Positions 19,271 through 28,704 of a DNA stretch of 32,000 nucleotides are shown piece by piece. Source of the stretch: Prochlorococcus marinus subsp. pastoris str. CCMP1986 (GTDB lineage: Bacteria; Cyanobacteriota; Cyanobacteriia; PCC-6307; Cyanobiaceae); the NCBI RefSeq assembly GCF_000011465.1, contig NC_005072.1:210001-242000 (forward strand). Reading direction: 5' to 3'. A program made the translations under genes and the position numbers. The notes under the pieces were generated by a model. The model worked only from the letters and a program-made list of their open reading frames with translations. It had not been told where the DNA came from and made no database searches. Within the stretch, counting starts at the first letter, position 1. Every line of letters begins with the position of its first letter.

Positions 19271-19472
19271 ATTTTTATTTTTACTAGTTAAGTTTGAAAT
19301 TGTTTCTTTTAATCTATGATTAATATAACCAATAATTTATAGTGATTGCATAACAATATCAAACATTTTTAAATCTTTCTGAAATTATCGAGCCTAGTAT
19401 TATGTGTCAAATTAAGGATCTTAAGTAAAAAATATTTTTAAAATATACCTTGCTAAACTAAAATTTAATTAA

Positions 19473-19554
19473 GCGGTCGTGGCGGAATTGGTAGACGCGC
19501 GAGTTTTAGGTACTCGTATCTTCGGGTGTGGGAGTTCAAGTCTCCCCGACCGCA
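19473..19554 (+). tRNA. tRNA-Leu, anticodon UAG (class II, long variable arm). CCA is not encoded.
   Basis: Cloverleaf folded by hand. The acceptor GCGGTCG pairs with CGACCGC. The D stem is GCG/CGC. The anticodon stem CGAGT pairs with ACTCG around the loop TT-TAG-GT. There is a 14-nt variable arm. The T arm is GGGAG-TTCAAGT-CTCCC. The discriminator is A. Confidence 0.95.
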
Positions 19555-19638
19555 TTACAAGGGAAAATTTTTATTAAGCAACTAAATTAGTTAACTATTT
19601 GCATATTTACTATAATTTAAATATTAATAAGAATTTTT

Positions 19639-20163
19639 TTGACAATTTATTTAGGCTTTTTATATTTATTCTTTGGAATTATATTTTTGTTAATGCCTTT
19701 AATATATATTGAATTAGGTAGACCAAGAGATTTTATAAAAGGTGGTTTAAACCTAGTAATTGGGATGTTATTAATTTATAAACAAAATATTTTTAATACT
19801 TTAAATTATTTAATTTTTAGTGTCATTACTACATTACTGACTTTTTATATAGTAGAAATATTTTCTATAAGGTGGAATCAATTAACTAATCAAGAGAAAA
19901 ATAATTTACTGACTTTAGAGGAATTGAAAAAAAATCTTTCAATTTTTTTAAAGGCCATCTCTCTAGCAAGGCAAGATTTTTTAAATTCAAACAATATTTT
20001 CAAATTTGGAAGAAAAAATGAAAATTTAAATAAAAAAAAGTGGGTTAGGAATGATGAAAATGATAATATAGTTAATTCAAATAAAAATAATTTACTGACT
20101 TTAGAGATGCCAAAAAAAGCAACAAATAAATCTACAAAAGATACAATCAATGAGGGTAAATAA
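19639..20163 (+). CDS. Membrane protein, tentatively Ycf66-family, with a low-complexity Asn/Lys-rich tail
   Basis: TTG start. The N-terminal two-helix region (GFLYLFFGIIFLLMPLIYIELGRPRDF..GLNLVIGMLLIY) resembles the Ycf66 N-domain. The tail carries an in-frame 24-nt duplication. Confidence 0.5.
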   Translation: MTIYLGFLYLFFGIIFLLMPLIYIELGRPRDFIKGGLNLVIGMLLIYKQNIFNTLNYLIFSVITTLLTFYIVEIFSIRWNQLTNQEKNNLLTLEELKKNLSIFLKAISLARQDFLNSNNIFKFGRKNENLNKKKWVRNDENDNIVNSNKNNLLTLEMPKKATNKSTKDTINEGK

Positions 20164-20205
20164 TTAAATAAATTAATCGATTATAAATAAATTCTCTAAT
20201 TTCGA

Positions 20206-23103
20206 ATGAAATCAAAACATAACAAAGAAAAAAAATCTGGCTTTTCCTATAAAGAAACTTTGAATTTATTGAAGACTGATTTTTCGATGCGAGCTAATTC
20301 AGTAATTAGGGAACCAGAGATTCATGAATTCTGGTCAAGAAATAAGATTGATTTGGAGTTGGGTTCAACTAACTCAGGTAAAAATTTTACTTTGCATGAT
20401 GGCCCCCCTTATGCGAATGGTTCCCTCCACATGGGACATGCTTTAAATAAAGTCTTAAAGGATATTATTAATAAATACAAAACCTTACAAGGTTTCAAAG
20501 TTCATTTTATACCTGGTTGGGATTGCCATGGGTTACCAATTGAGTTAAAGGTTCTACAAAGTTTAAAATCCAATGAAAGAAGAAATTTAGATTCTTTAGG
20601 TTTAAGAAAAAAAGCAACAGATTATGCAAAGATTCAAATTAACAATCAACTAGAGGGCTTTAAGAGATGGGGTATTTGGGGAGACTGGGATAATCCCTAT
20701 TTAACACTTAAAAAAAATTATGAGTCTGCTCAGATTGGTGTTTTTGGGAAGATGTTCTTAAATGGCTATATATATAGAGGTTTAAAACCTGTTCATTGGA
20801 GTCCAAGTTCTAGAACAGCACTTGCAGAAGCAGAATTAGAGTATCCAGAGGAGCATTTTTCAAAAAGTATTTATGTTTCTTTAAATATTACTAAATTATC
20901 AGATGCAGTTCTTCTTAAATTAGAAGAAAAAGATCTGAGAAACAAATTACTTTCTAGTTTAAATAAATTATTTATAGCTATATGGACTACTACTCCATGG
21001 ACAATTCCTGGTAATGAAGCAGTAGCTATTAATCCTAGAATAAATTATGTTTTTGCCTCAGATCAAAACGGTAATATATATCTTTTTGCTAGAGATTTAA
21101 TTTCTGAAATTTGTGAAAAGCTAGATAGAGAATTTAATGTTTTATTAGATGTAAAAGGATCATTGCTAGAGGGTCTTGAGTATAAGCATCCTACAAAAAA
21201 TAAGTTTTGCAATATTGTAATTGGAGGTGATTATATAACCACTGAATCTGGGACAGGAATTGTGCATACTGCCCCTGGTCATGGCATGGATGATTTTAAT
21301 GTTGGGCAAAAATATCAATTACCCATAACCTGCATTGTCGATGAAAAAGGTAATTTAAATAAGCATGCTGAAAAGTTTTGCGGATTAAATGTTTTGAAAG
21401 ATGCTAATGATTTGATTATTGAAGATTTAGAGAAAAATAACTTACTCCTTTTAAAAGAAAATTATAAACACAGATATCCTTATGATTGGAGGACTAAAAA
21501 ACCTACAATTTTTAGAGCAACTGAACAATGGTTTGCATCAGTAGAGGGATTTAGATCTTCAGCCTTGAAAGCAATAGAAGATGTTGAATGGATGCCAAAA
21601 ACAGGTAAGAAAAGAATTTATTCAATGGTTGTTGGAAGAGGTGATTGGTGTATTTCTAGACAAAGGTCATGGGGAGTGCCAATACCTGTTTTCTATGAAA
21701 AAGAAGGGAAAGGAGTACTTATTAATACTGAAACTATTAACCATATAAAAAGTTTATTTGAGGAGTATGGAGCAGATGTATGGTGGGAATGGGATGAGAA
21801 GAAACTATTGCCAGAAAAATATAGAAATGAATCTGATCGTTGGGAAAAAGGGCTAGATACTATGGATGTCTGGTTTGATTCAGGTTCTAGTTGGGCCGCA
21901 GTTTGTGAGCAAAGGGAAGAATTACAATATCCAGCCGATTTGTATTTAGAGGGATCTGATCAACATAGAGGTTGGTTTCAATCATCTTTGCTAACTTCAG
22001 TAGCAGTAAATAATAAGCCGCCATATAAGACAGTTTTAACTCATGGATTTGCTTTAGATGAGAATGGTAGAAAAATGAGTAAATCCTTGGGTAACGTTGT
22101 TGATCCTAATATCATTATTAATGGTGGTCCTAACCAAAAAATACAACCTGCCTATGGAGCGGATGTCCTTAGGCTCTGGGTTAGTTCTGTTGATTACTCA
22201 GTTGATGTACCAATTGGATCAAATATTTTAAAACAACTTTCAGATGTTTATAGAAAAGTAAGAAATACAGCTAGATATCTCTTAGGTAATATTCATGATT
22301 ATGATCCTGCATTAGAGGAAATTGATATTGATCAGTTGCCGTTATTAGATCAATGGATGTTAAATAGGCTAGTTGAGGTCTCAGATGAAGTAACAATTGC
22401 ATATGAAAATTACGAATTTTCAAAGTTTTTCCAAATATTGCAAAGTTTTTGTGTTGTGGATTTATCTAATTTTTATTTAGATATCGCAAAAGATAGATTA
22501 TATGTAAGTGCTAAAACTCAATTTAGGAGAAGATCTTGTCAGTTTGTGATGTCCAGAATTGTAGAAAATTTAGCTGTCATTATTTCTCCAGTTCTTTGTC
22601 ATATGGCTGAAGATATTTGGCAAAATATCCCATATTCAACTATTGAAAAATCAGTATTTGAAAGAAGATGGCCAAAATTTCCTGAGTCATGGCTTAATCC
22701 CGAACTTAATGAACATATTTCTAATTTAAGAACATTACGTGTAGAAATTAATAAAGCAATAGAAGGTTGTAGAACCCAACAAATGATTGGAGCTGCTCTT
22801 GAGACTGAGGTTAATTACCTCCCTGAAAATGAGTTTTTTAAAAATTCTCTTTCTTGGCTTGATAAATTTGGCAATAAAGAAGTGGATTTATACCGAGATT
22901 GGTTGATAGTTTCTGATTTTAATATAGTTAATAATTTATCTAAGGATTGTTTAAGTATCGATAATAATGAACTTGGAAAGATTCAGATTCTTAAAGCTAA
23001 AGGTCTTAAATGTGATAGATGTTGGCATTATCAAAATATTACAGTTAAAGGGATTGAAAACACTAAATTATGCGAGAGATGTGCAAATATTATTAATTTA
23101 TAA
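20206..23103 (+). CDS. ileS: Isoleucine-tRNA ligase
   Basis: 965 aa. It has HMGH ([15 protein letters not shown]), KMSKS, a CP1 editing insert, and a C-terminal Cys cluster CDRCWHY...CERC. Confidence 0.97.
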   Translation: MKSKHNKEKKSGFSYKETLNLLKTDFSMRANSVIREPEIHEFWSRNKIDLELGSTNSGKNFTLHDGPPYANGSLHMGHALNKVLKDIINKYKTLQGFKVHFIPGWDCHGLPIELKVLQSLKSNERRNLDSLGLRKKATDYAKIQINNQLEGFKRWGIWGDWDNPYLTLKKNYESAQIGVFGKMFLNGYIYRGLKPVHWSPSSRTALAEAELEYPEEHFSKSIYVSLNITKLSDAVLLKLEEKDLRNKLLSSLNKLFIAIWTTTPWTIPGNEAVAINPRINYVFASDQNGNIYLFARDLISEICEKLDREFNVLLDVKGSLLEGLEYKHPTKNKFCNIVIGGDYITTESGTGIVHTAPGHGMDDFNVGQKYQLPITCIVDEKGNLNKHAEKFCGLNVLKDANDLIIEDLEKNNLLLLKENYKHRYPYDWRTKKPTIFRATEQWFASVEGFRSSALKAIEDVEWMPKTGKKRIYSMVVGRGDWCISRQRSWGVPIPVFYEKEGKGVLINTETINHIKSLFEEYGADVWWEWDEKKLLPEKYRNESDRWEKGLDTMDVWFDSGSSWAAVCEQREELQYPADLYLEGSDQHRGWFQSSLLTSVAVNNKPPYKTVLTHGFALDENGRKMSKSLGNVVDPNIIINGGPNQKIQPAYGADVLRLWVSSVDYSVDVPIGSNILKQLSDVYRKVRNTARYLLGNIHDYDPALEEIDIDQLPLLDQWMLNRLVEVSDEVTIAYENYEFSKFFQILQSFCVVDLSNFYLDIAKDRLYVSAKTQFRRRSCQFVMSRIVENLAVIISPVLCHMAEDIWQNIPYSTIEKSVFERRWPKFPESWLNPELNEHISNLRTLRVEINKAIEGCRTQQMIGAALETEVNYLPENEFFKNSLSWLDKFGNKEVDLYRDWLIVSDFNIVNNLSKDCLSIDNNELGKIQILKAKGLKCDRCWHYQNITVKGIENTKLCERCANIINL

Positions 23104-23269
23104 ATAGTTGATTTAAATCAATTGCAGTATTGTTATTTTTGATCAACTACATACTCTTTAAATTATTATTTATAAAAATTCTTTAGAATATTCCCTTGAT
23201 TAAGTAACCTTATATTTTTAAAGACTATTTGGAATATTAAAACTTATATGTTCTAAGTTTTTGATAAAA

Positions 23270-23893
23270 TCAATTCCTGCCATAATTCGAAAAACCAGAA
23301 TTCCGACCACTTTTTGGGAATTTAATTATCGCCCATTGTAATAAACCTAATGTATATATTAATAAGGCAAATAATCCTAAAAATTTTGCAACTGGTTGCG
23401 AAAAGCTAGCTCCAAATAAGAAATTAAATAAATTTTTTAAAATCAAGTAAAAATTTGTTGAAGGTTTAAGCCAAATTTCACATTGCGCAGAATTAATAAA
23501 AGAAACACAATTAATATTATTTAAACTTTGAATTAAAAAAATTAAAGATATAAAAGTTATAGACCATCGCCAAATTTTCGTAGTTGTAGTTAATGCATGA
23601 GATATTCTATATTCATTTAACTCGTCATTAATATCATTCCAAAACCATATTGAGATTGTCATTATTAATGTCGAAATATTTGTAATTAAGAGAGCGAAAT
23701 TGTACTCTCCAATTAGGAGGATAAGACTTATGAAGAATAGAATTGATATTTTCCAATAATTAGATAAAAGTTTTGTAATGGCTTTACTTTTGTTTTTTAT
23801 TGACCAACAAAGCAGAGTTAAAGGAAGACCAACTATAAAGACTAATGAAAGTTGAAAAGATAGCCAAATGGAAAGCTGATTAAGACTGTTCAA
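23270..23893 (-). CDS. Hypothetical polytopic membrane protein (207 aa)
   Basis: About 5 hydrophobic helices. No catalytic motif recognised. Confidence 0.55.
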   Translation of the reverse strand: MNSLNQLSIWLSFQLSLVFIVGLPLTLLCWSIKNKSKAITKLLSNYWKISILFFISLILLIGEYNFALLITNISTLIMTISIWFWNDINDELNEYRISHALTTTTKIWRWSITFISLIFLIQSLNNINCVSFINSAQCEIWLKPSTNFYLILKNLFNFLFGASFSQPVAKFLGLFALLIYTLGLLQWAIIKFPKSGRNSGFSNYGRN

Positions 23894-24018
23894 AACTTTT
23901 TCTTTTTAACACACATAAATATTAAACCTTACCCACCTGCTTATTAACTTATTATTGTCATAGTTATGAATAATATGCACCATATTAATTTCTACTACGA
24001 AATAATTAAATAATTTTT

Positions 24019-24648
24019 ATGAGACAGCATGTAAATCCACTCAGTAAAAATTTCTTTGAAATAGATCCAATACCTCCTTTGAATCAAGTTTTTGAAAACC
24101 CAAAATTACCTCTCCATTTAGATATCGGTTGCGCTTCAGGTGAATTTTTATTCGAATTATCACTTAAAAATAAAAACTGGAATTATATAGGAATTGAAAT
24201 TAGAGAAAAATTAGTTTTAAATGCTAATTTGAAAATGAAAAGTAGAGAAAATAAAAATTTATATTTTTCATTTGGTAATGCTAATAACATTTTTAACCAA
24301 ACTAATAATAAATCAATTATTAATTTAATAACTAGTATTTCTTTTAATTTTCCTGATCCATGGTTTAAAAAGAAACATCATAAAAGACGTGTAATTCAGC
24401 CTAAATTATTAAATCTACTCTCAAATTCAATGAAAAAAGGATCTTTAATCTTTATTAAAACAGATGTAAGAGATCTTTTTGATCATATGGAACTCACAAT
24501 ATCCGAGAGTATAAAGTTCAAAAAAATACCATATCAAGATGTTGACTTTTGTGAAAGTTTTAATCCAAATAGAATTCAAACTAATAGAGAAAAATATGTA
24601 ATATTAAATCAACTTAAAATTTATGAAAGTATTTATAAGAAAATTTGA
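24019..24648 (+). CDS. trmB: tRNA (guanine-N7)-methyltransferase
   Basis: 209 aa. It has the N-terminal RQHVNP, SAM-binding [10 protein letters not shown], and FPDPW.KK.H.KRR. Confidence 0.88.
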   Translation: MRQHVNPLSKNFFEIDPIPPLNQVFENPKLPLHLDIGCASGEFLFELSLKNKNWNYIGIEIREKLVLNANLKMKSRENKNLYFSFGNANNIFNQTNNKSIINLITSISFNFPDPWFKKKHHKRRVIQPKLLNLLSNSMKKGSLIFIKTDVRDLFDHMELTISESIKFKKIPYQDVDFCESFNPNRIQTNREKYVILNQLKIYESIYKKI

Positions 24649-24649
24649 T

Positions 24650-26008
24650 TCAAAAAGTTTTAGATATTTTATAGATTTTTGTACTAAGTTCGGCCGTGAT
24701 TTTTGTCGATAATGAATCTACTTCTTGTTGATTTCGTGCTTCAACTAATATACGTAAAACAGGTTCCGTTCCACTTGGACGTATGTAAACTCTACAATTA
24801 TCTTTTTTAATATTTGAAAAACTTTCTATAGTTTCATTAATGAATTCCTTATATGATTTATCAATATTTTTGAATTTAAAATTTAATAATACGTTAGTTA
24901 GTTTTTGAGGATATGGTGAGAAGCTACTATTAAGCCAAGATCTTAAACTGATATTTTTTTTCTTGCAGTATTTTGATATTTGAATTGCTGTTAATATTCC
25001 ATCCCCACAAAAGTCATTAATTTTTGAAAGAATATGACCTGATTGTTCCCCTCCTAATAAAGCCTTTTTTTTCTTTATTGCTTCAAATATAAATTTATCT
25101 CCAACTTCAGTTCTATGTAAAATCCCCCCAATTTTCTTCCAAGTATTTTCAAAACCTAAATTGGCCATTTTTGTTGAGATAATTGTGTTATTTGTAAGTA
25201 ATTTTTCTTCTAAAAGTTCTCTTCCCCATAGAAAGAGTATGTGATCTCCATCTATTATATTGCCCTCTGAATCAACCCCAATAACTCTATCGGCATCTCC
25301 ATCGAAGCTAAATCCCATATCAGCATTATTCTCTTTTATGGCTTTAATTATTGGATCCAAACATGTAGAACCGCAATTTAAATTTATTTTTAAACCATCT
25401 TGCTCATTATTAATAACTTTGACATTCGCTCCTAGTTTCTGAAAAATACTTGCTGCGCAGGTAGTTGCAGATCCGTAACATGTGTCTAAAACTATTTTCA
25501 TTCCATCTAAGTTTTCATCCCCCATAGTATTAATAAGTCCTTCTGTATAGATATTAAAAAGGTTATTATTTTCCCTTATAGATGTTTTTTTATAAGTAGA
25601 TAATTTAAGGTTGTTTGCTGTCTCTAAAATCAGTTCTATTTGATTTTCTAATTTCTTTTTAATTTTTTCTCCATTATTATCAAATATTTTAATACCATTA
25701 TATTCAGGAGGATTATGGCTCGCCGATATCATAATCCCACCACTAAATTTTTCTTTTTTTATTAAGAACGGGATAGCTGGTGTAGGACAGATTCCTAAAT
25801 ATATAAATTCTTTTCCTGCTGCATTAATTCCTCTTGATATAGCTTCTATAAGAATATATCCACTTACTCTTGTATCTCTTCCGATTAGTATTGGATTATT
25901 GGTTTTCGTTGAAACTCCTAAAGCATATCCAACCTTATATGCTAAAGAATATGTTAATTCTTTATCAAATATTCCCCTTATTCCATCAGTTCCAAATATA
26001 GATTGCAT
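24650..26008 (-). CDS. glmM: Phosphoglucosamine mutase
   Basis: 452 aa. It has FGTDGIRG, the active-site SASHNP, the metal loop DGDADR, GGEQSGH, and RPSGTEP. Confidence 0.93.
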   Translation of the reverse strand: MQSIFGTDGIRGIFDKELTYSLAYKVGYALGVSTKTNNPILIGRDTRVSGYILIEAISRGINAAGKEFIYLGICPTPAIPFLIKKEKFSGGIMISASHNPPEYNGIKIFDNNGEKIKKKLENQIELILETANNLKLSTYKKTSIRENNNLFNIYTEGLINTMGDENLDGMKIVLDTCYGSATTCAASIFQKLGANVKVINNEQDGLKINLNCGSTCLDPIIKAIKENNADMGFSFDGDADRVIGVDSEGNIIDGDHILFLWGRELLEEKLLTNNTIISTKMANLGFENTWKKIGGILHRTEVGDKFIFEAIKKKKALLGGEQSGHILSKINDFCGDGILTAIQISKYCKKKNISLRSWLNSSFSPYPQKLTNVLLNFKFKNIDKSYKEFINETIESFSNIKKDNCRVYIRPSGTEPVLRILVEARNQQEVDSLSTKITAELSTKIYKISKTF

Positions 26009-26137
26009 ATTATTACTTCTATAAGTATAAGTATTTTTCCAAGTGTATTTATATTATAAGTTGATTAAAAGTAAAAAGAATAATGCTCTCTTAAATTATA
26101 TTATCTATATAAAATATAAAAAGTAAATGATTAGATA

Positions 26138-26683
26138 ATGCAATCTGGTAATAAAGAATCCTTTTTAAATTCCTCGCAAAAATCGATACTGATATTATTT
26201 TTTGCTCTAATTATTTGCTCTGCACTTGTCTTGAAAAATTTTATATTTCAACCCACTTTTCTTCTTAAGAAATTTGGACAATCATCTATTGATCCTGAAA
26301 TAGCTTTTACAAATAATAAACCTACTTTTCTTGAGTTTTATGCAGATTGGTGCGAAGTTTGTAAGGAAATGGCTCCAAAAGTTGAAGATATTAAAAATAA
26401 ATATGAAAAAGATATAAATTTTGTTTTTTTAAATGTAGATAATCCAAAATGGGAAAAATACATAAGAAATTTCAATGTTAATGGAATTCCACAAATAAAT
26501 ATTTTTGATAATGATTCCAATTTAGAACTCACTTTTATTGGAAAACAGGAAGAAGATTCTATAAAAGAATCTCTCGATAATTTATACGATAAATTTAGAG
26601 GTGATTCACAAATTCTAAATTCAGAATTCTCAATAATCAAAGACAATAAAAATTATCAATCCTCTCCAAGAAGTCACGGATAA
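26138..26683 (+). CDS. Membrane-anchored thioredoxin-like protein (TxlA-like)
   Basis: 181 aa. It has an N-terminal TM helix and then a thioredoxin fold with the WCEVC redox motif. Confidence 0.7.
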   Translation: MQSGNKESFLNSSQKSILILFFALIICSALVLKNFIFQPTFLLKKFGQSSIDPEIAFTNNKPTFLEFYADWCEVCKEMAPKVEDIKNKYEKDINFVFLNVDNPKWEKYIRNFNVNGIPQINIFDNDSNLELTFIGKQEEDSIKESLDNLYDKFRGDSQILNSEFSIIKDNKNYQSSPRSHG

Positions 26684-26685
26684 AT

Positions 26686-27324
26686 TTATTCCCAATTCAA
26701 TGCTTCAGATACAGATGGAAAATATTTGATAAATACTTTCTTACAGTCTTCAGCTATTTCCATATGTTCTTTTTGTGTTCCTTCTTTTGATCTTAGCTGT
26801 ATATAGTGAATCCAAGACCTGCAGGAACCAGTCATATAAATTCTTGTTGGGGTAGCTAATGGCATAATAAATCTAGCGCATTCCTTTGCAATCCCTTCAT
26901 TTAGCATTTCTTCGTATAGTTTATTTGCCTCTTGAAAGTGTTTTGAAATTTTTTCTGAAAATTTTATTTTAAGTTCATCCGGTATGTCATCAATGCTATT
27001 TTGACGATTCTTTTGATCTTGCCTTCTTAAGTTTGGGATAGGTATTTCATTTCCTAGTAAACTAGTTTCAGCATATCTTTGTGAGAATTCTTGAAAAGTA
27101 AATGATCTATGTCTAAGAATTTGAGCCGCGATACCTCTATTAGTTTCGATTTTCAATGTCATGCATGATTGTTCAAAAACTGACCAGTGCTCATGTTTTA
27201 TGCAATATCTTAATAATCCGGCGAATTTATCATTAGCCTGATTCGAAGGATTAGAGACTCTGGCGATATAAGCCATTGTTTTTTCTGCCTCTGGAGTTAA
27301 TGAAATTAGCTCAACTTTACTCAT
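26686..27324 (-). CDS. thyX: FAD-dependent thymidylate synthase
   Basis: 212 aa. The ThyX signature RHRSFTFQEFSQRY (RHR...S motif) is present. Confidence 0.92.
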   Translation of the reverse strand: MSKVELISLTPEAEKTMAYIARVSNPSNQANDKFAGLLRYCIKHEHWSVFEQSCMTLKIETNRGIAAQILRHRSFTFQEFSQRYAETSLLGNEIPIPNLRRQDQKNRQNSIDDIPDELKIKFSEKISKHFQEANKLYEEMLNEGIAKECARFIMPLATPTRIYMTGSCRSWIHYIQLRSKEGTQKEHMEIAEDCKKVFIKYFPSVSEALNWE

Positions 27325-27325
27325 A

Positions 27326-27919
27326 TTAAATTTTGGCTAAAGTAACCTTTTCTGGTTGATTTTGATATTTACCTTTTCTATCTTCATATGTTGTAGAGCA
27401 AGGATCACCCTCAAAAAATAATAGTTGACAAATACCTTCATTTGCATAAATCCGACAATCTGCACCTGAACTGTTGCTGAACTCTAATGTAAGATGCCCC
27501 TCCCAACCGGCCTCGGCTGGAGTTGTATTTACTATAATTCCGAGACGAGCATAAGTACTTTTACCGATACAAATCACAGTAATATTTTCTGGTACTTTCA
27601 TTTTCTCTAAAGCAACTCCTAGGCCGTAAGAATGAGCAGGTAAAATAAAAAATTCACCATCTTTATCTTCGTGAAGAATGGTTTTTTCTAAATTATCAGG
27701 ATTAAATTTCTTTGGATTCATAACTGTTCCTGGGACATGCTTAAATATTAAAAACTCTTTAGAAGAAAGTCTTAAATCATAGCCATATGAAGAACATCCG
27801 TAACTTAAAACTGCATTTTTTTTATTATTAGGATCTAGATGTCTGACTAAATTTGATTGAAAAGGATTTATCATGCCTTTAGAAGCTTTTTGGTTTATCC
27901 AGAGATCATTTTTGAGCAT
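27326..27919 (-). CDS. dcd: dCTP deaminase
   Basis: 197 aa. GKSTYARLG (compare GRSSLARLG), GWEGHLTLEF and the C-terminal YQNQ follow the Dcd pattern. The stop lies 1 nt from the thyX start. Confidence 0.9.
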   Translation of the reverse strand: MLKNDLWINQKASKGMINPFQSNLVRHLDPNNKKNAVLSYGCSSYGYDLRLSSKEFLIFKHVPGTVMNPKKFNPDNLEKTILHEDKDGEFFILPAHSYGLGVALEKMKVPENITVICIGKSTYARLGIIVNTTPAEAGWEGHLTLEFSNSSGADCRIYANEGICQLLFFEGDPCSTTYEDRKGKYQNQPEKVTLAKI

Positions 27920-27924
27920 AATTT

Positions 27925-28500
27925 CTATGAGCGAAGTTCTGTAATTTGGTCAGCCATTAACAAGAATTTTTTTGGAATGGATGTACCAGTAAGGATTACA
28001 TCTCCTGATATAAATCGGTTTTCAAGTGTTGAAATCAAATCATCTTTACTGATAATATTCATCTCTACAGCTAAAAAAACTTCATCAAGAATAATTTGAT
28101 CATATTCTCCATAAAGTAATTCTTTTTTGCAATAATCCCATAATTCTATTATTGAATTATTAATAGATTTAGATATATTATTGTTTATGTTTTCTGACTC
28201 ATATTGATCATAAGAATTAGAAGATCTTATCCAGGTAAGATTACCGCAAAGCTTTTGAGCATTGGAAATTCCTTGTTTTACACCTCCTTTCATTAGTTGA
28301 ACTAAAAGTACTTTTCTTCCTAAAGCTGCATTTCTTAGTGAATCTCTGATAATGGATGAATAACTTCCTCGGTATGAAGATTGATAAATCTGAATTTGGC
28401 CATTTTGATTTATCTTTCTTAATTTAAATTCTTTATTTTTATTTATGTTTACAACTTCATTATTAGTTGTTAAATAACTATTTGACGAACTGGCTACCAT
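27925..28500 (-). CDS. CobA/CobO/BtuR-family (corrinoid adenosyltransferase-like) protein with a degenerate P-loop
   Basis: 191 aa. LLVQLMKGG, ILDEV, VILTGT and ADQITELR are colinear with CobA. The position of GNGKGKTT reads SSYRGSYS, and the protein ends right after ELRS. Confidence 0.62.
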   Translation of the reverse strand: MVASSSNSYLTTNNEVVNINKNKEFKLRKINQNGQIQIYQSSYRGSYSSIIRDSLRNAALGRKVLLVQLMKGGVKQGISNAQKLCGNLTWIRSSNSYDQYESENINNNISKSINNSIIELWDYCKKELLYGEYDQIILDEVFLAVEMNIISKDDLISTLENRFISGDVILTGTSIPKKFLLMADQITELRS

Positions 28501-28641
28501 TATTTTTGAATTTACTTTTCTATATTCAGTATAGTTAGAATTTTATAACACTGCATATAGTGTAATTTTCCTTAAAGTAGCTTCTTAGAATAAAGAATTT
28601 TTTTTTATAATAATTTTTTAAAAAATATAAGAATTGAAAAA

Positions 28642-28657
28642 TGTTACTGTTGATACA
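28642..28657 (+). promoter_or_regulatory. Candidate NtcA operator (TGTT-N8-TACA) with a -10-like TAAGTT 22 nt downstream (28679-28684)
   Basis: The sequence is tgttactgttgataca. The consensus for NtcA-activated promoters is GTA-N8-TAC followed about 22 nt later by TAN3T. There is one mismatch in the left half-site. It lies 48 nt upstream of the ntcA ATG. Confidence 0.4.
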
Positions 28658-28704
28658 AGTTATTTCTTGCTGTCTTCTTAAGTTTTTTAATAGTAAAGAT
28701 ATTT

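Noticed and set aside
19473-19640. tRNA-Leu as a possible integration site for a genomic island or tRNA-targeting mobile element
   Set aside because: I found no integrase and no direct repeat of the tRNA 3' end elsewhere in the window. The flanking genes (crtR, the Ycf66-like gene, ileS) are core genes of normal composition.
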